From the NCBI GenBank assembly GCA_951406725.2, contig OX597814.1:216070001-216134000 (forward strand): a stretch of DNA of 64,000 nucleotides, written 5' to 3'. The translations under genes were made by a program, and so were the position numbers. The DNA comes from Octopus vulgaris (Eukaryota). Under the pieces are notes generated by a model, which was not told the DNA's origin, ran no database searches, and worked only from the letters and a program-made list of their open reading frames with translations. Each line of letters starts with the position of its first letter. Within the stretch, counting starts at the first letter, position 1. Shown in pieces: positions 15,691 to 29,573 of the stretch.

Positions 15691-16101
15691 TATTTCTTTA
15701 CTGCCTACAAGGGGCTAGACACAGAGAGGACAAACAAGGACAGACAAACGGATTAAGTCAATTATATCGATGCCAGTTCATAACTGGTACTTATTTAATT
15801 GACCCCGAAAGGATGAAAGGCAAAGTTGACCCCGGCGGAATTTGAATTTAGAACGTAGCGGCAGACGAAATACCTATTTCTTTACTGCTCACAAGGGGCT
15901 AGACACAGAGAGGCAAACAAGGACAGACACACGGATTAAGTCAATTATATCGATCCCAGTGCATAACTGGTACTTATTTAATCGACCCCGAAAGGATGAA
16001 AGGCCAAGTCGACCTTGGCGGAATTTGAACTCAGAACGTAACGGCAGACGAAATACCATCACGCATTTCGCGTGCTAACGTTTCTGCCAGCCTGCCGCCT
16101 T
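15691..16101 (-). mobile_element. tRNA-derived SINE with a Nin-type central domain, tandemly duplicated
   Basis: The reverse complement reads ggcggcaggctggcagaaacgttagcacg...gttcaaattcc...cctttcatcctttcggggtcgattaaataagtacc. There are two units. Confidence 0.7.
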
Positions 16102-16569
16102 TTTCAGTCAAACTGACCAACCTATGCCAACATGGAAAACGGACATTAAGCAATTATGATAATGATATTGTGATATATTATATCAATATATGTATTATAT
16201 TTTAATTCTATAATACGTTACTTCTATATATACACACACAAGTGTGTATATGTATATATATGCAACAGAATGTTAGTGTATTGAGAAGTTTGGCATAAGA
16301 AGAATTAGATGTAGTATGTGAGAGAAGACAGTGCTGGTTTGGTCATGTGATGTGGATGGATGCTGACAGCTCCACGAAGAGGTGCTGTACATTCAAAGTG
16401 GATGGGGCTTGTGGAAGAGGGAGGCCCAGGAAAACAGGGCGAAGTACTGAAGAACAACCTGAGAACGGTGAACCTTTTGGACGAGATGACAAAGGACCAA
16501 GATACCTGGTGGCTTGCTGTGCTCAAGAAGACCTGTCCTCCACAGCAGAAGCGTATCAACTTTATGCTT

Positions 16570-18215
16570 AGAGAAATTAGGAAGTGTCTAACATTCTGAG
16601 CCTACTCTTTGTCAGAAGGAATAGAAGAAGAGAGAGAGAAAAATAGAGAGAGAAGAGGAGAAACTTGTGTCAGAGTGTCACTACAAGCTGAAATGATGGG
16701 AGGAGGAAGAGGTTGCTGAAGATGTGAGTGGTTCTGGCAACCTAGGGAGACATCTATGAGAGCTGACAACTATGAACTTGGCACGTGTATGTGAGCACAC
16801 ATGTGTATGAGACTACTGTGTATAAGTATTTATGCATGTGTGTATGTATGTCCATGCTTTTGGTTTATGTGTGTGTGTATAAGGCTTATGCAATGTAACT
16901 GTGTGTGCAAGCAAGTGGATGTATATAAAGCTCTTGTGTGCATGTATATTGTGAGTTTATGTGTAGAAGTGTGTATGTTTATGCGTGTATGTGTAGATGT
17001 GTGTGTGTATATATGAAGCTATTGAGTGCATATCTTGTGTGAGTGTGTGTGCATCCCTGCTTTCTATTTTTGTGTGTATATTTATGAAACTATCAGACAT
17101 CCGATTCAATGTGTTAAGTGTGAAACTGGATAGAGATGTTTGGTGGATGATGGGTGGGGAAAGTGGTAGGTGTTGGGAAATGTAGGTCTGTTATGATATA
17201 GTTGCTGTTATAAGTGTGTGGATGGGTAGCATGAGGGGTGGGTGGGTGCTAGTGTGGGTGAAGGAGGAGGAGAAGAAGTGAGTGCGTGTGGATGTGTGTA
17301 CATGCTGTTTGAATGTGTTGGTGGGCGTGTGGTGTTGGGTAATGAGTTCAACGGTGTAGAGTAGGTGTGTGTGTGGGTGAGTAGATGTTGAGGGGACACT
17401 GGGAATGTAAGTGGTGGGTGGTTTGTAGGTGAAGGAGGGGTTGAAATGAAAAGGGATGGAGAATTTAGACTGTAAAAGACTTGACTACAGAGAAGGAGAA
17501 TTATTTCCCGTTCCATATGGAGACAGGAGTCTGGGTGGCATTTGTTACAAAGCCAGTCTGAACATGAACAGATGTTGCAGAGAATGAGCAATGAAGCAGT
17601 AATGGTACAAGACCAGGGGCTCATTACAGAGCTTGATGATGTGAAGGTGTTCATCAAACAGTCAGCCAGGCAGCAACCAGTCGGTCCAATGTATGGGGAA
17701 TGGCAAAGAGTGAAGGGGATGGAGTAAATCAGATTACAGAAGGTGCAAGAGAAGGAATCAATGATATGGAAGGAGCAGTCGTGAGCACCAGTGAAGATGG
17801 TGGTGCTAGAGAGGAAGGGAAATGTATGGCAGCATAGGGAAGAGCAAAGGGCGAATTCAGGTTGAGTGAAGGGAAAGAGCTACAGGCTTGTAGGTCATGT
17901 AGGTTGTGGGGACATTTGAAGGGAGGGGATGTTTTCCAAACCTGAACGACAATATTTTTTTAATTGTAGTTAAGGGCAGTTCAGGACTTGGCAAATATTT
18001 GCAGTTGATAATGGTAAGAGAGTTTAAGAATGAAGGAGAAAAAAGGACATAAAGATAAGAGGAAGAGTAACATGGCAAGGAATGATGAACGTGAGTGATA
18101 GAGAGGAGATAAGAGAGGGGAAAGTAGGATGAGCAACTACATAGAAGCATGAGAGACACGAGTGGTATGGAATGGAGTGTAACAGAAGAAGAGATCAGCA
18201 TTGCATCAGACATAA
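16570..18215 (-). mobile_element. Degraded Penelope-like element: GIY-YIG relic, pyrimidine-rich 3' region and hammerhead relic
   Basis: The minus strand near 17650-17760 reads FSCTFCNLIYSI...PYIGPTGCCLAD, a decayed CxxxNLIY...YIGxTG motif. A hammerhead relic is at 16586-16620. Confidence 0.55.
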
Positions 18216-18598
18216 GTTTCTTTAAATGGAATGTAACATTGATGACATCATTTATAATTATCCAGATTTTGGGGACTGGTCAGCGATCAAGTATCTCAAA
18301 TCTATAAACAATTCACCACCACCGTAATTTAATGTCCATGGTTGGATGTCCTTCTTGTAGCCAATTGCCACATGTTTCCAAATGAGGGAACATTTTTCCA
18401 TGGTCAGACATGTTTTTCATGGAAGACTGGAAATGGCACAATATTATGCAACTCAAACAGTGATAGACATAAACCAAAACATAAATAACAAATAAAACGT
18501 ATAACTAGATCTCAAAAAGTATAAAAATAAATGATCAAAATATAATAAGTAAAAAATGTGTGATGGTGATGTTCATTTACACCTGGTTACCTCCCTCC

Positions 18599-18649
<51 letters not shown>

Positions 18650-18846
18650 AATACAATGAGCTTCTTTCAGTTTCTATCAACGAAACCCACTCCCAAGGCT
18701 TTGGCCAACCATTGACCTATAACAGAAGACACTTGTCCAAAATGCTCAGTAGGATTGAACTTGAAACCACATGGTCAGGAAGCAAGCCTCTCAACCACAC
18801 TTGGATCTAAAAAGAAACATTAACTATAAAAAATGGTATTACTCAC

Positions 18847-20382
18847 CTTTCTGCACAATGGCTGCCGCAATTCCTCCCTTGTGATCCAATTTACCATTTG
18901 CAGCATTAACAATAGCATCTGTGTCCAGAGTCGTGATGTCATCTTCCTTCAACACTATTTCACAGTTTTTATACACAAAATTAAGTATTCTGTCTGTTTC
19001 ACTTCCTAAATCTGAATTTAATGATATTATACTCTCAGATTTCTTCTGCATTTCGCACATGAAATTCTTTCCTTCTTCACTTTGCAGAAAATCTCGAAAT
19101 CTAAACATTTCTAATTTCACTTCTTGTGAGCTGGTATCCTTTCTTAAATTTTCTATAAATATTTCCATTTTCTTAAATTGCTCTTGTGTTCCTTCCAGGT
19201 GTAACTTATTATCTTTGAGACACACATTCTTAATTTTATTTTTCGCACCAAAGTCATTGATTTCTTGTTCTTTGAACTCTTTAAGAAAGAGGAAATGTTC
19301 AAGAGGCATCGATATATAAGATTCATAAGTTAAAGATTGCATAAAGTTATCAATTTTGTTTTTTATAGCATTAACTACAGCATCAACAGCAACAATAGAA
19401 TTTTCTCCAATAAAATGGGAATCTGGAAACTCTTCTTTTAGTCTTTCAACAAATGTCAGCCACTTTCCATAATTTGGAGTATACTTAATATTATCGATAA
19501 AATTCAATGTATTGGCAACAAAAGTTTGTTTCAGAATTATTTCCAAAAGTGAAAGATGTGTTTTATCACTTGCATAAAGTAATACTGAATCACGATCACC
19601 CGTTTCCCATGAACCAATACAATTCTTGTCTCTCAGTTTGTCATCAAGATGTACTTTCACTGGTTTTTTATTTATGATCATTCCAGTATTTAAAGGAAAA
19701 CACAGTTTGGATTTAACAATTGACTGAAGAATTTTATGCATATTCTTGTGACAATTAGCTATTTTGGAAGTGTGGCCTTCAAAAATAACTTTGTTACCAT
19801 GAATCCTGACTTGTAGATCATTGGAGTGTCTTTGTGCCTGCTCAAAAAATCTGTGACCAGATAGAATACGTCTTTCATGAATATTTAAATTAAACTCACA
19901 TTTCCTTCTAAAAGTATCCAAAAGTCTGTTTTTCATTTTAATCACATCACTTTTATTAAATCCCAAAATATTAGCTTGGAAATTTCGGTTATCAAAATAA
20001 AAGTGCCTCTGGTCAGCTTGACTCTTAAATGTTCTAACAACGTCTTCAAAAATATCGGTTGGAACATCAATAGTTTCAACAGTAATGGAATTTAATAAAT
20101 CTTTCAAACATTGTTCAATTTGCTTCAAATTTCCTTCAGAATAACTTAATTTCAGTTTATTAAACTTGGAATCTTTCCATATTACTTCAGCCCCTTTCTT
20201 TAATTGGTCATTAACTATGATTTTATGTTTCTTTAAGAAAGTCAGATGGAACTTGGAAGGTAGTAAATAGCCATGGACTTGCTGTCTTGAAATGGTATTT
20301 TCTTCACATGGTACCCAGAATGGTTGAACATCTAACTCCACATTTAGCAGTATATGATCTCTGCTACAAACGTCCAGCACAA
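18847..20382 (-). CDS. PARP14: PARP14-like large coding exon 4: KH-like region plus macrodomain N-terminal half (DITTLDTDAIVNAANGKLDHKGGIAAAIVQKG)
   Basis: The 1536-nt open exon lies inside the 548-aa ORF. Acceptor tttttcataatttag and donor AAG|gtgagt. It carries the canonical macrodomain DIT/NAAN/GG motifs. Confidence 0.92.
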
Positions 20383-20589
20383 CTAAATTATGAAAAAGTA
20401 AAAAGATAAAATCATTTCGTTGGTGAGGGATTAGGGGTGAACTGGGGAGTTCAGTGGGTAAAGACAGAAAAGTATTTGAAGACAAAGTAATATGTTATAA
20501 GTATAATACATTAGCAAACAGAAAAATATAACCAACATTTAACACATACTAAGTAAACACTATCTCTATTAATTGTAATAAATACAAGA

Positions 20590-20930
20590 AACATCACTGG
20601 AATTTTGCTTTCAAATTTTGGCACAAGGCCAGCAATTTCAGGAGAGTGGCTAAGTCAATTACATCAACCCCAGTGCTCAACTGGTACTTATTTTATTGAC
20701 CATAAACATCACTGGAATTTTGCTTTCAAATTTTGGCACAAGGCCAGCAATTTCAGGAGAGTGGCTAAGTCAATTACATCAGCCACAGTGCTCAAATGGT
20801 ACTTATTTTATTGACCATAAACATCACTGGAATTTTGGTTTCAAATTTTGGCACAAGGCCAGCAATTTCAGGAGTGTGGCTAAGTCAATTACATCAACCC
20901 CAGTGCACAACTGGTACTTATTTAATTGGT
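20590..20930 (-). repeat. Three tandem copies, about 116 bp each, of the Nin-type SINE 3' part
   Basis: aaacatcactggaattttg...caactggtacttattt is repeated at about 20590, 20705 and 20820. Confidence 0.85.
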
Positions 20931-20934
20931 AATT

Positions 20935-22630
20935 AGATTAGCAATCAAGAGCTGATCCTTCGTTTCCTGGCTCCTTTTACTGTACCATTTCTGTTTAATG
21001 GGTAGCAGCCCACTTTTTCCCAAGCATCTGTACAGTTCAGCAGCCAAATTACCTGACATTAGTTTCCATGTGAGCAGAAAGCATATTATTGTTCTAAAGT
21101 TGGATGCAGCATTTCCCTTTCCAGGATCCTTGGCACATAACAATGTCTTTCCCTTTGTCTTCCAGCTGGGTACTGCACCTTCCTGCAAGCACTCATCAAG
21201 CTGTTGCACTCTCCTTTGATGGATCCCTCTCAGCTTCTTCATCCAATAATCTGGGATCCCATCCAGTCCTGGGCTCTTCCAATTTGGGAATTTTCTTAAC
21301 TGCTTTTTTTAATCATTTCTGTAGTTATTTTTATGTCTTTTTTGCCTTCTATATTTCTTAACCTATCTTGGATTTCATGCAGCCACTCTGCTTCATCTGC
21401 AGATTGGTACCAGATCTCTCTCCAAAATGCCCTACTTTCCTCTGCTTCTGGTATCATTGTTATGTGTAATTGCCCATCCAGTTCCTGAAACAGTTACTTC
21501 TGATATGCTTCTAACAATCTGTTCTGCTTGAATTATTTTCTTCTATTGTCATATCTTTCCTGTTTTGCTTTGATTGCTCCAACTCTTTGTTTCATTTCTT
21601 CCAATATCTCATCATACAATTTATCTCTTATTCCATCTGTCCTTTCCAGCATCATTCTTATACTTTCATTCTGCAATTCCCCTCTTCTCAATCTATCAAC
21701 TTGTCCTAAATGCCTTTGTTCCTTACAAATTCCTCTACACCAGAACGGTTCTTTACGTTCTATTTGTTCTTTCCTTTTCTATCCAATTCTATCTGCAGCA
21801 ACAGTTGCTGTACCCCAAATAATCTTGTGAGTTTCAGTGATATTTCTCGTATGGAACAGCCCAAGAACTGAATCTATCTTTATGGTTTCAACCTTGATCT
21901 TGCATTGGTCAATGTACCTCAGATTATGGGGGGAAGGGTCTTGATCCTGGTCTTCTCAAATATATCCTCTCTACGTCTTGTTGGGCATCACCGTATTATT
22001 GGGATACAGCTCTTCCTATTACTTCTGCTTAATTTGTGGAGAATGCATTTACATTTACACTTTGCTCTACATCTTCACTGCCCTTATTTATTTCTCTGTT
22101 CTCACTGGGCACATTATCTGTTGGTGAAGGATTATTTCTCCTTTCTACTTTTCTTTTTATCTCTTCAATTTCCATGTCCGTTAACCACCTTTTTGCTCTA
22201 ATTGCTCTTGCCTGGTCGGCTAACAATTGCTCACTTGTTTCGAAGAGTCCTATCTCATTCCATTTGGCTCTCATTCATTGTCAGAATCCCCTTCTGTTGA
22301 GTTTGTTCCTGACCCAGCATTCAATTTGATTTTGTGTACAAGCAGCCTCTGGACTAAAATAGCATAGATTTTGTTTCAGTCATGCTAATCTGACCAGATA
22401 TAGAAAGACAGGCAATTTTTGGTTCACCTTTTCTACAACCTCCCAGGTGAGTGGTGCCCTCTCCAAATGGAACTGGTCAGACACCCATGCAGCAACTGAA
22501 TTTTACCACTGTCTTGGGCGGCAAGGAGACGATTTTATATCTAGCGAGACTTTGTGGGTACAATGTTGGTTGAGGGAGAGGGACAGAAATTGGTTGGGTG
22601 GGTGTTGTGGGGTATGTCAGTACTGTTCTA
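20935..22630 (-). mobile_element. 5' part of an R4/Dong-like (RLE) non-LTR element, degraded
   Basis: [27 protein letters not shown] is the R4-type N-terminus. VPSWKTKGKTLLCAKDPGKGNAASNFRTI and TKDQLLI are RT domains 0-2. Confidence 0.75.
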
Positions 22631-22764
22631 TTTATATACCATACACTAGTTTAATCTGTATATATTTCTATATGTTATGCTATGGTTATTTATACATTTA
22701 CCAGCCGGCATGGTGATCCTGGCACTTGGCCTCCTTGTAGTTTTATAATATATCTGTGCATGCG

Positions 22765-24245
22765 TGTGTGGCACATAAAATCACCCACTACACTCTCGGA
22801 GTGGTTGGCGTTAGGAAGGGCATCCAGCTGTAGAAACACTGCCAGATCTGACTGGCCTGGTGCAGCCTTCGGGCTCCCCAGACTCCAGTTGAACCGTCCA
22901 ACCCATGCTAGCATGGAAAGCGGACGTTAAATGAGGATGATGATGATGATGATGGGCTGCCTACGTGCAGGTCGCTGACTACATGCTTCCAACCTGTAAG
23001 GTCTGCTTGCTTCACCACCTTCCCTTCACTGTAGGACTTCCGAATAAAAATAAAATAAAAATATACTAAAAATGAATACATATATAAATATATACTAAGA
23101 ATAAAGATACATACATACTGAAAATAAAATAAATAAATAAATATATGTATACATATATATATACATAGATATTGGGGGAAAAAATCAGCACACATCGAAC
23201 AGAGGTCAGCAATGCCTGTCTAGAGCTGTAGGTCTAATAAGGCTTGAATGATACCTCATAGATCCTCTCCACTTTATTGACATTATCCAGAGACAAGCTG
23301 GAGCAATATGTCTGATCCCAATATGCACCACAGGCTCAATGATGTGCGAATGCTATGATCTCTAGCACAAACCAAATATCCTCAAAATGTCCAATGCCGT
23401 TCCCTGACTATCTGGTTTTATATCAAAGTGACCTTCTTCTAGAGACATGCTTCAATAGAAGCTGTGGGGCACTCCCAGTGGTTTTTCAGCACACCAGACA
23501 CCATCCCAGATATTCTGCATACACGGTCTATTGCATTAGGTTCATCCGACTTTTCAGCAGGTCTTGTTTGTAATCTTGCTGGGTTTCTAGCAACCCTCCT
23601 CACCAGGATATTCTGGTGGGTGTGCCACTTTAGTCGCCGACATACCCAACCATGCAACATGTTTTACTGGATTCCATGTTACCAGTAGCACTTAAGAAAA
23701 TCTCATAAGTGACCTGACATATATATATATAAAATCAAATCAATCAAACCAAATAAAAATAGATGAACATCAATGGAATTTGTATCCCTGTGGGTGACAC
23801 ATAAGAAAACCATCCGAACGTGACCGTAGCCAGCACCGCATCAACTGGCCTCCGTGCTGTGGGCACGTAACAAACAACATCCGAGCGTGGCCGTTCGCCA
23901 GCCTCGTCTGGCACCTGTGTCGGTGGCACATAAGAAAACACCATCCGAGCGTGGCCGTCTGCCAGCCTCGTCTGGCACCTGTGTCGGTGGCACATAAAAA
24001 CACCATCCGAGCGTGGCCGTCTGCCAGCCTCGTCTGGCACCTGTGTCGGTGGCACATAAAATCACCTACTACACTCTCAGAGTGGTTGGCATTAGGAAGG
24101 GCATCCAGCTGTAGAAACACTGCCAGATCTGACTGGCCTGGTGCAGCCTTCGAGCTTGCCAGACCCCAGTTGAACCGTCCAACCCATGCTAGCATGGAAA
24201 GTGGATGTTAAACAATGATGATGATGATGATGATATGTATGTATG

Positions 24246-24286
<41 letters not shown>

Positions 24287-24692
24287 GAATACATATGTAC
24301 ATATATCCATATATATATAAAAGGAACCATTCAAGTGTGATTGTTACCAGCGTCGCCTTACTGGCACTTGAGCCTCGTGCTAGTAGGGGGCCAAGAGTAC
24401 CATCCGAGCATGATCGTTACCGACATCGCCTTGCTGGCACCTGTGTTGTTGGCATGTGTACAAAGATTAGAGCAAGGTCGGTGCCAGTACCGCCTGACTG
24501 GCCCCCATGCCGGTGGCACGTAAATAGCACCCACTACACTCTCGGAGTTGTTGGTGTTAGGAAGGGCATCCAGCTGTAAAAACTCTGCCAAATCAAGATT
24601 GGAGCCTGGTGCAGCCATCTGGTTTGCCAGCCCTCAGTCAAAATCGTCCAACCCATGCTATCATGGAAAGTGGACGTTAAACGATGATGATG

Positions 24693-24693
<1 letters not shown>
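22765..24693 (+). mobile_element. Three RTE 3' UTR/tail copies (about 22765-22952, 23740-24233 and 24320-24693)
   Basis: All share the tail. A 56-bp tandem array lies at about 23850-24060. Confidence 0.75.
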
Positions 24694-24742
<49 letters not shown>

Positions 24743-24781
24743 CATCATCATCGTTTAACGTCCACTTTCCATGATAGCATG
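24654..24781. repeat. Perfect 128-bp palindrome
   Basis: catgctatcatggaaagtggacg...cgtccactttccatgatagcatg is centred in a TA run. Confidence 0.9.
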
Positions 24782-27432
24782 TCACCACAACTCATATTGG
24801 TTTGGGGCAAGTTGAGAGCATTCATTCACTGTAAGGGCAATGGCTTCATCAAATTATTATTATTATTATTGAGTGAGAGAGTAGTGCATGCCATCAAAGT
24901 GATACTGGGGTAAAATATATGAAGCCCAGAATACCCATCATGACTACCCATCTGATAAGGGTACACCAGGCACATGCATCACAACCATATATATATTTTG
25001 GAAGGTTTGGAGATGATGTACAGGTATTTTATATTAGAAGAAATGAGGTACTCAGAAAATCGGATGGATTACATTTACAGATATTTATTTGTATATTACA
25101 TTTTTTATATATATATCATATCAGTTAGATCATTAGCGCTTTCTCCCATTCTAGTGGGGTTTCCAAATCAAACTAAGTTCCTGTGTGAGGAGTTTTGACC
25201 ATTTTATAGTGGTATTGAGTTTGTAGTGGTGGGGAGGAATATAAGACAGTACAAGAGGGTGATGGATGAGGAGAAAGTGAGAGAGAGAACATGTGTGTAT
25301 GTGTGTGTGCGTGTGTGTGTGTGTGTGTTTTTGTATCTGGGATGGGTGCTAAAGAAAAAGAGGGGAAGGGAGAGGGAAGAAGAAGAAAATAATTTTTTTG
25401 GTCTGCTGGACAGAATATTGACTCCAAGGGGGTTCTAAGACCTTGGGAAAAAAGAATTTCAGTTTTGACCATTTCACAGTGTCACTGAGTATGTGGTGGT
25501 GGGGAGGTAGACCATAAATTATATTTCTTTTTATCATTGTGAGAGAGAGTGTGTGTGTTTAATTAGGTGTGACCAAGGAAGACCATTGCTGACCTTCAGG
25601 AACATTGTGCACTCTTGGACTAACTTATATTTTGCATTTGTGGCTCTGTTGGTGAGTGACGAGGCCTGCTCTTGACAAGCATACACGACTGCAAACATTG
25701 CAGACCAAGCTTTCCCCATTAATATATATATGATGGGCTTCTTTCAGTTTCCATCTACCAAATTCACTCATGAGGCTTTGGTCAGTAGACACTCTTTAGT
25801 AGAAGACACTCTTTAAAGTATAGAGTTGAACTTCATGTAGCCACCTGTTGGCAACTTTTCTCCCCCACCCATTTTGTAGGGGGTATTACTCATTTTTCTG
25901 GGCTCTTTTCACAGCTGTACCCTGTTCGAAATTTGGATTAGTTTTTGTATGAAAAGAAAAGGAACAGAGTGGGGGCTTGATTGTAGTTTGTGGAGAAAAC
26001 ATTAAACATGCCTGAAAATAAAAACATGGTCTTTCCCCCCAACTAAAAGACATGAAGAACTATGAAAGGAGGTGAATAAGTACTGGAGGTGGGAGGAAAG
26101 AAGAGAGAAGTAACAGTGGATTGTTCTAGAACTGCCAGAATGAAAGACTTTCCCTCTTCTTCATTGTTAAGAGTAAAGAAGCAAGGAAAGATCGATCGTA
26201 TTCCAGTCTAATTGTCATTTTAAATGACTGACGCTTTCCTTTCTCTGTCTCTCTCACTTCATTCCTTTTCTCTACGGTTAAGAGAGTGAAGGTGCTTAGG
26301 TGTATTCGGCCCATGATCGTAAAGTCACGAGAATGATTCCCTGCGGTGCACTGTGTTTTTGAGCAAGGTACTCTACTTCACTTTGCTGCAGTGTACTCAG
26401 CTTTCAAAAGTGAGTCGTAGCTGTAATTCAAAGGGGTCAGCCCTGTAACATTCTGTGTGAGGCTGAATCTTCCTGAGAACTAACTTATGGTATGCATGTC
26501 TGTGGAGTATTCAGCCACTTGCACGTTAATTTTATGAGCAGACTGTTTCGTTGATCAGATAAACAGGAACCTCATCATCATAACCAATGGAGGGCCATTT
26601 TTTAAAAAGAGTGAAAGAAAAGGAAATGCTCCAAATCGTAAGTCAAAAATGTCGTGTGTTTAGCATTATCAATGAAAGCTAAGACGAAATTATTGCTATT
26701 CCGTCGTGTATTCACCCTCGACTCACACTCAGTTTGATAACAACAGCCTGTGATCTGGGGGCTTTGCCTCCTGATCTGTGAGGCCCACAAATGCCACTGT
26801 TATGATTGGATTAACATCCATATTGAACCTAAAGATTAAAATGATTTTCCTGCCCCTATATAAGATCTTTATTTGTTTTCTTCCAATCTCTTGAAGGTCT
26901 GTCTTGCTCCAGTTCACTCAGCTGGCCAAAATGAATTCTAGCTGTAATTCAAAGGGGCAAGCCTTGTCAATTTCTGTGTGAGGCTGAGATAATGATATGC
27001 ATGTCCGTGGAGTACTCAGCCACTTGCGAGTTAATTTTATCCTCGTGTGGTAATGAAAAGCGATAGTGACATCCAATACTTGCTGCAGTTATTTGCTTTG
27101 ATTTAACTACGTGTCTATGTATCAACTTTTCTTTGGATCTATGTATCTACTATTTCTATCACTTTCTCTCTCACTTCCTCTGTGTCCCTCCTCTCTTTTG
27201 ATTTAACAATGTGTGTATGTAACATATCAACATTCAAAACAATACAAACACCAACACCAATCACTGCCTCTCACTCTCTCTCTCTCTTTCTCTTATTCTC
27301 TCTCTCTCTTTTTTCCTCTCTCTCGCTTTACCACTCACTTCTTTGCAATAAGTGTGACACACGCCACGCGTACATACATACGATAAAACAAACAAAACTA
27401 AGCATATTAATGTTATTGATACTGATAGTAAT

Positions 27433-28525
27433 GTGATGCCGTACCAGACAGTTGCTCTCTTGGCATCTGATCTTAAATGATTGGGAAGTGTTATCATCCA
27501 CATTGTTTTGTCTTGGTATGAAAAGATGGGCTACAGCAAATATTCTGCTCATACCACAGATTTGCTTGTCCTTAACCAGTTGAGTATGTCCCTTGATGGC
27601 TGCCAATATGTGCATCTCTCATGAACAGAAGTATTGGAGGAGCATTATAACCATGTGTTGAGAAAAATTCTTTGGGGTTTGGATAATTCACCTCTGAAAC
27701 ATGGAAACATGGGTGTTTTATTCATCATCCTTATAAAAACCTTGTTCAGTGACCTTTTGAGTGGGATGAGCTACTCAACCTGAAGAAAATTCTAACTAGG
27801 CCTCACCTGCAAGATCTTGATATGAGATCACCATGTTGTGCACATATAGTTGTGATGCATGTGCCTGGTGTACCTTTGTATATTTTACATCAGTGTCACT
27901 TTGATGGCATGCACTGTTCTCTCAATAACAACAACAACAATTATAATAATATGCCCTGATGCAGTACCAGGCAGTGGCTCTCGTGGCTTCTGATCTTAAC
28001 TGATTGGAAGTGATATCATGTACCTTATTTTGTCTTGCTATAAAAGATGGGTTACAGCAAATATTCTGCTCAATACCACGGATTTGCTTGTCAGTTGTTT
28101 GACCTTAACCAGTTGACCATGTCCCTTAGTGGCTGACGATATGTGCATCTCTGATCATGAGCAGAAGTAGTGGGGGAGCATCATAACCATGTGTTGAGCG
28201 GGATTCTTTGGGGTTTGAATAATTCACCTCTGGAAACATGGGTGTTTCGTTCAACATCCTTAAACAACCCTTATTTGGGGACCTTTTGAGCAGGATGGGT
28301 TACTCGACCAGAAGAAAATTCTAGCTGGGCTCCACATGCAAGGTTATGCGCTGTTTATCTTGACATGAGATCACCATGTCGCGCACATATGGTTGTGATG
28401 CATGTGCCTGGTGTACCCTTATCAGATGGGTAGTCATGATGGGTATTCTGGGCTTCATATATTTTACCCCAGTATCACTTTGATGGCATGCACTACTCTC
28501 TCACTCAATAATAATAATAATAATT
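27433..28525 (+). mobile_element. Two tandem copies of an unclassified short retroposon of about 550 bp with (AAC/AAT)n tails
   Basis: 27433-27950 and 27951-28525 align throughout. Confidence 0.7.
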
Positions 28526-29110
28526 TGATGAAGCCATTGCCCTTACAGTGAATGAATGCTCTCAACTTGCCCCAAACCAATATGAGTTGTGGTGACATGA
28601 TGAGGTTGCAAATGTGCTGCATTGGAAAGTATAAGGAAAGTTGGGGTTAGAGAGAAGCAAAACATGGTACAAACAGAAACCACAGAGAATCACAGAGTCA
28701 GAGACCTGTAAAATCTTGTGGGATTTTTCAATGCAGAAAGGGCCAAGTGCTTGAGTACAACAAGCCAGGCCTGGTCGTTGTGGACAAGGTGAACCACATG
28801 TGCTCTATAACTGATGTTGCATACGCCTTTGACCCACAATTAGTTAGGTGAACAAGTAGACAATCCTCTTAAATGTGCTTGACTGTGAAAGATGGAGATA
28901 ATACTAATTATTATTGGGGCCCTGGGGACAGTATCAGAAGATATTAAGAGGAAATGAGGACAGAGCGCCGAGTAGAGCTGTTACCAAAAGTCTGCCTCCT
29001 TGTCACAGCCATTATCATCAAGAAAATATTACATGGCTGAACAGAACAGATAGCATGGTACCGTAGGCTGTGGATAGCAAGCCTCCAGGAGTTCCAACAA
29101 AACCTGAATT
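28526..29110 (+). mobile_element. R4/Dong-like 3' fragment (RLE region)
   Basis: Has KILWDF and NKPGLVVVDKVNHMCSITDVA relics, homologous to about 60900-61500. Confidence 0.7.
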
Positions 29111-29176
29111 AAAAGAATGCTAATAACTGACTCTGATAGGTAGACTAGACAAAGAGAGGAGAAAAAAATTACTTAC

Positions 29177-29409
29177 CATACGCCTCTTTAAAACTTATAA
29201 TGTAAGTATCAGAGGTTTGTTGTTGAACTGAAGAAATATCTCCACCAGAACTTTTTTTTCTGTTTCCAAAATATCTTTGAAGACTGTCAGAGCTGACATT
29301 TGAAGAAACGTTTTTCACTTGAACACTGTTTATTTCCTTAATTCTATCCACTTTCAGTTGATTTCCTTTTAAGGGTTTTTTTGGCACATCCTCTGAACAC
29401 ACTCAAAAT
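29177..29409 (-). CDS. PARP14: PARP14-like coding exon 3 (DFECVQRMCQKKPLKG...SVQVKNVSS...RYFGNRKKSSGG...YIISFKEAY), with a 1-nt frameshift in the A7 run at 29376-29382
   Basis: Acceptor tttattgcag and donor ATG|gtaagt. The exon is 233 nt, one short of a multiple of 3. It carries the YFGN-K-SGG RRM-like motif. Confidence 0.8.
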
Positions 29410-29573
29410 CTGCAATAAATACAATGAATGGAAATACATTTTGGTAAAAGAATCAAATTGAAGTCAATTTACTGATGTTTTAACACATTTTAGATTGAAA
29501 TGATTTTGAGAATTCTGCAAATTTAGAGATTTTAGCATTAAAATGCAGTTCCAATTATTTAACAACTCCATAT

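Noticed and set aside
20383-20485. N-terminal extension of the 548-aa ORF as a start
   Set aside because: It is intronic: a good acceptor at 20383 joins in frame to exon 3.
23195-23700. Unique-looking segment as a possible exon
   Set aside because: It has no convincing splice pair or in-frame fit with the gene. It is probably an unclassified TE relic.
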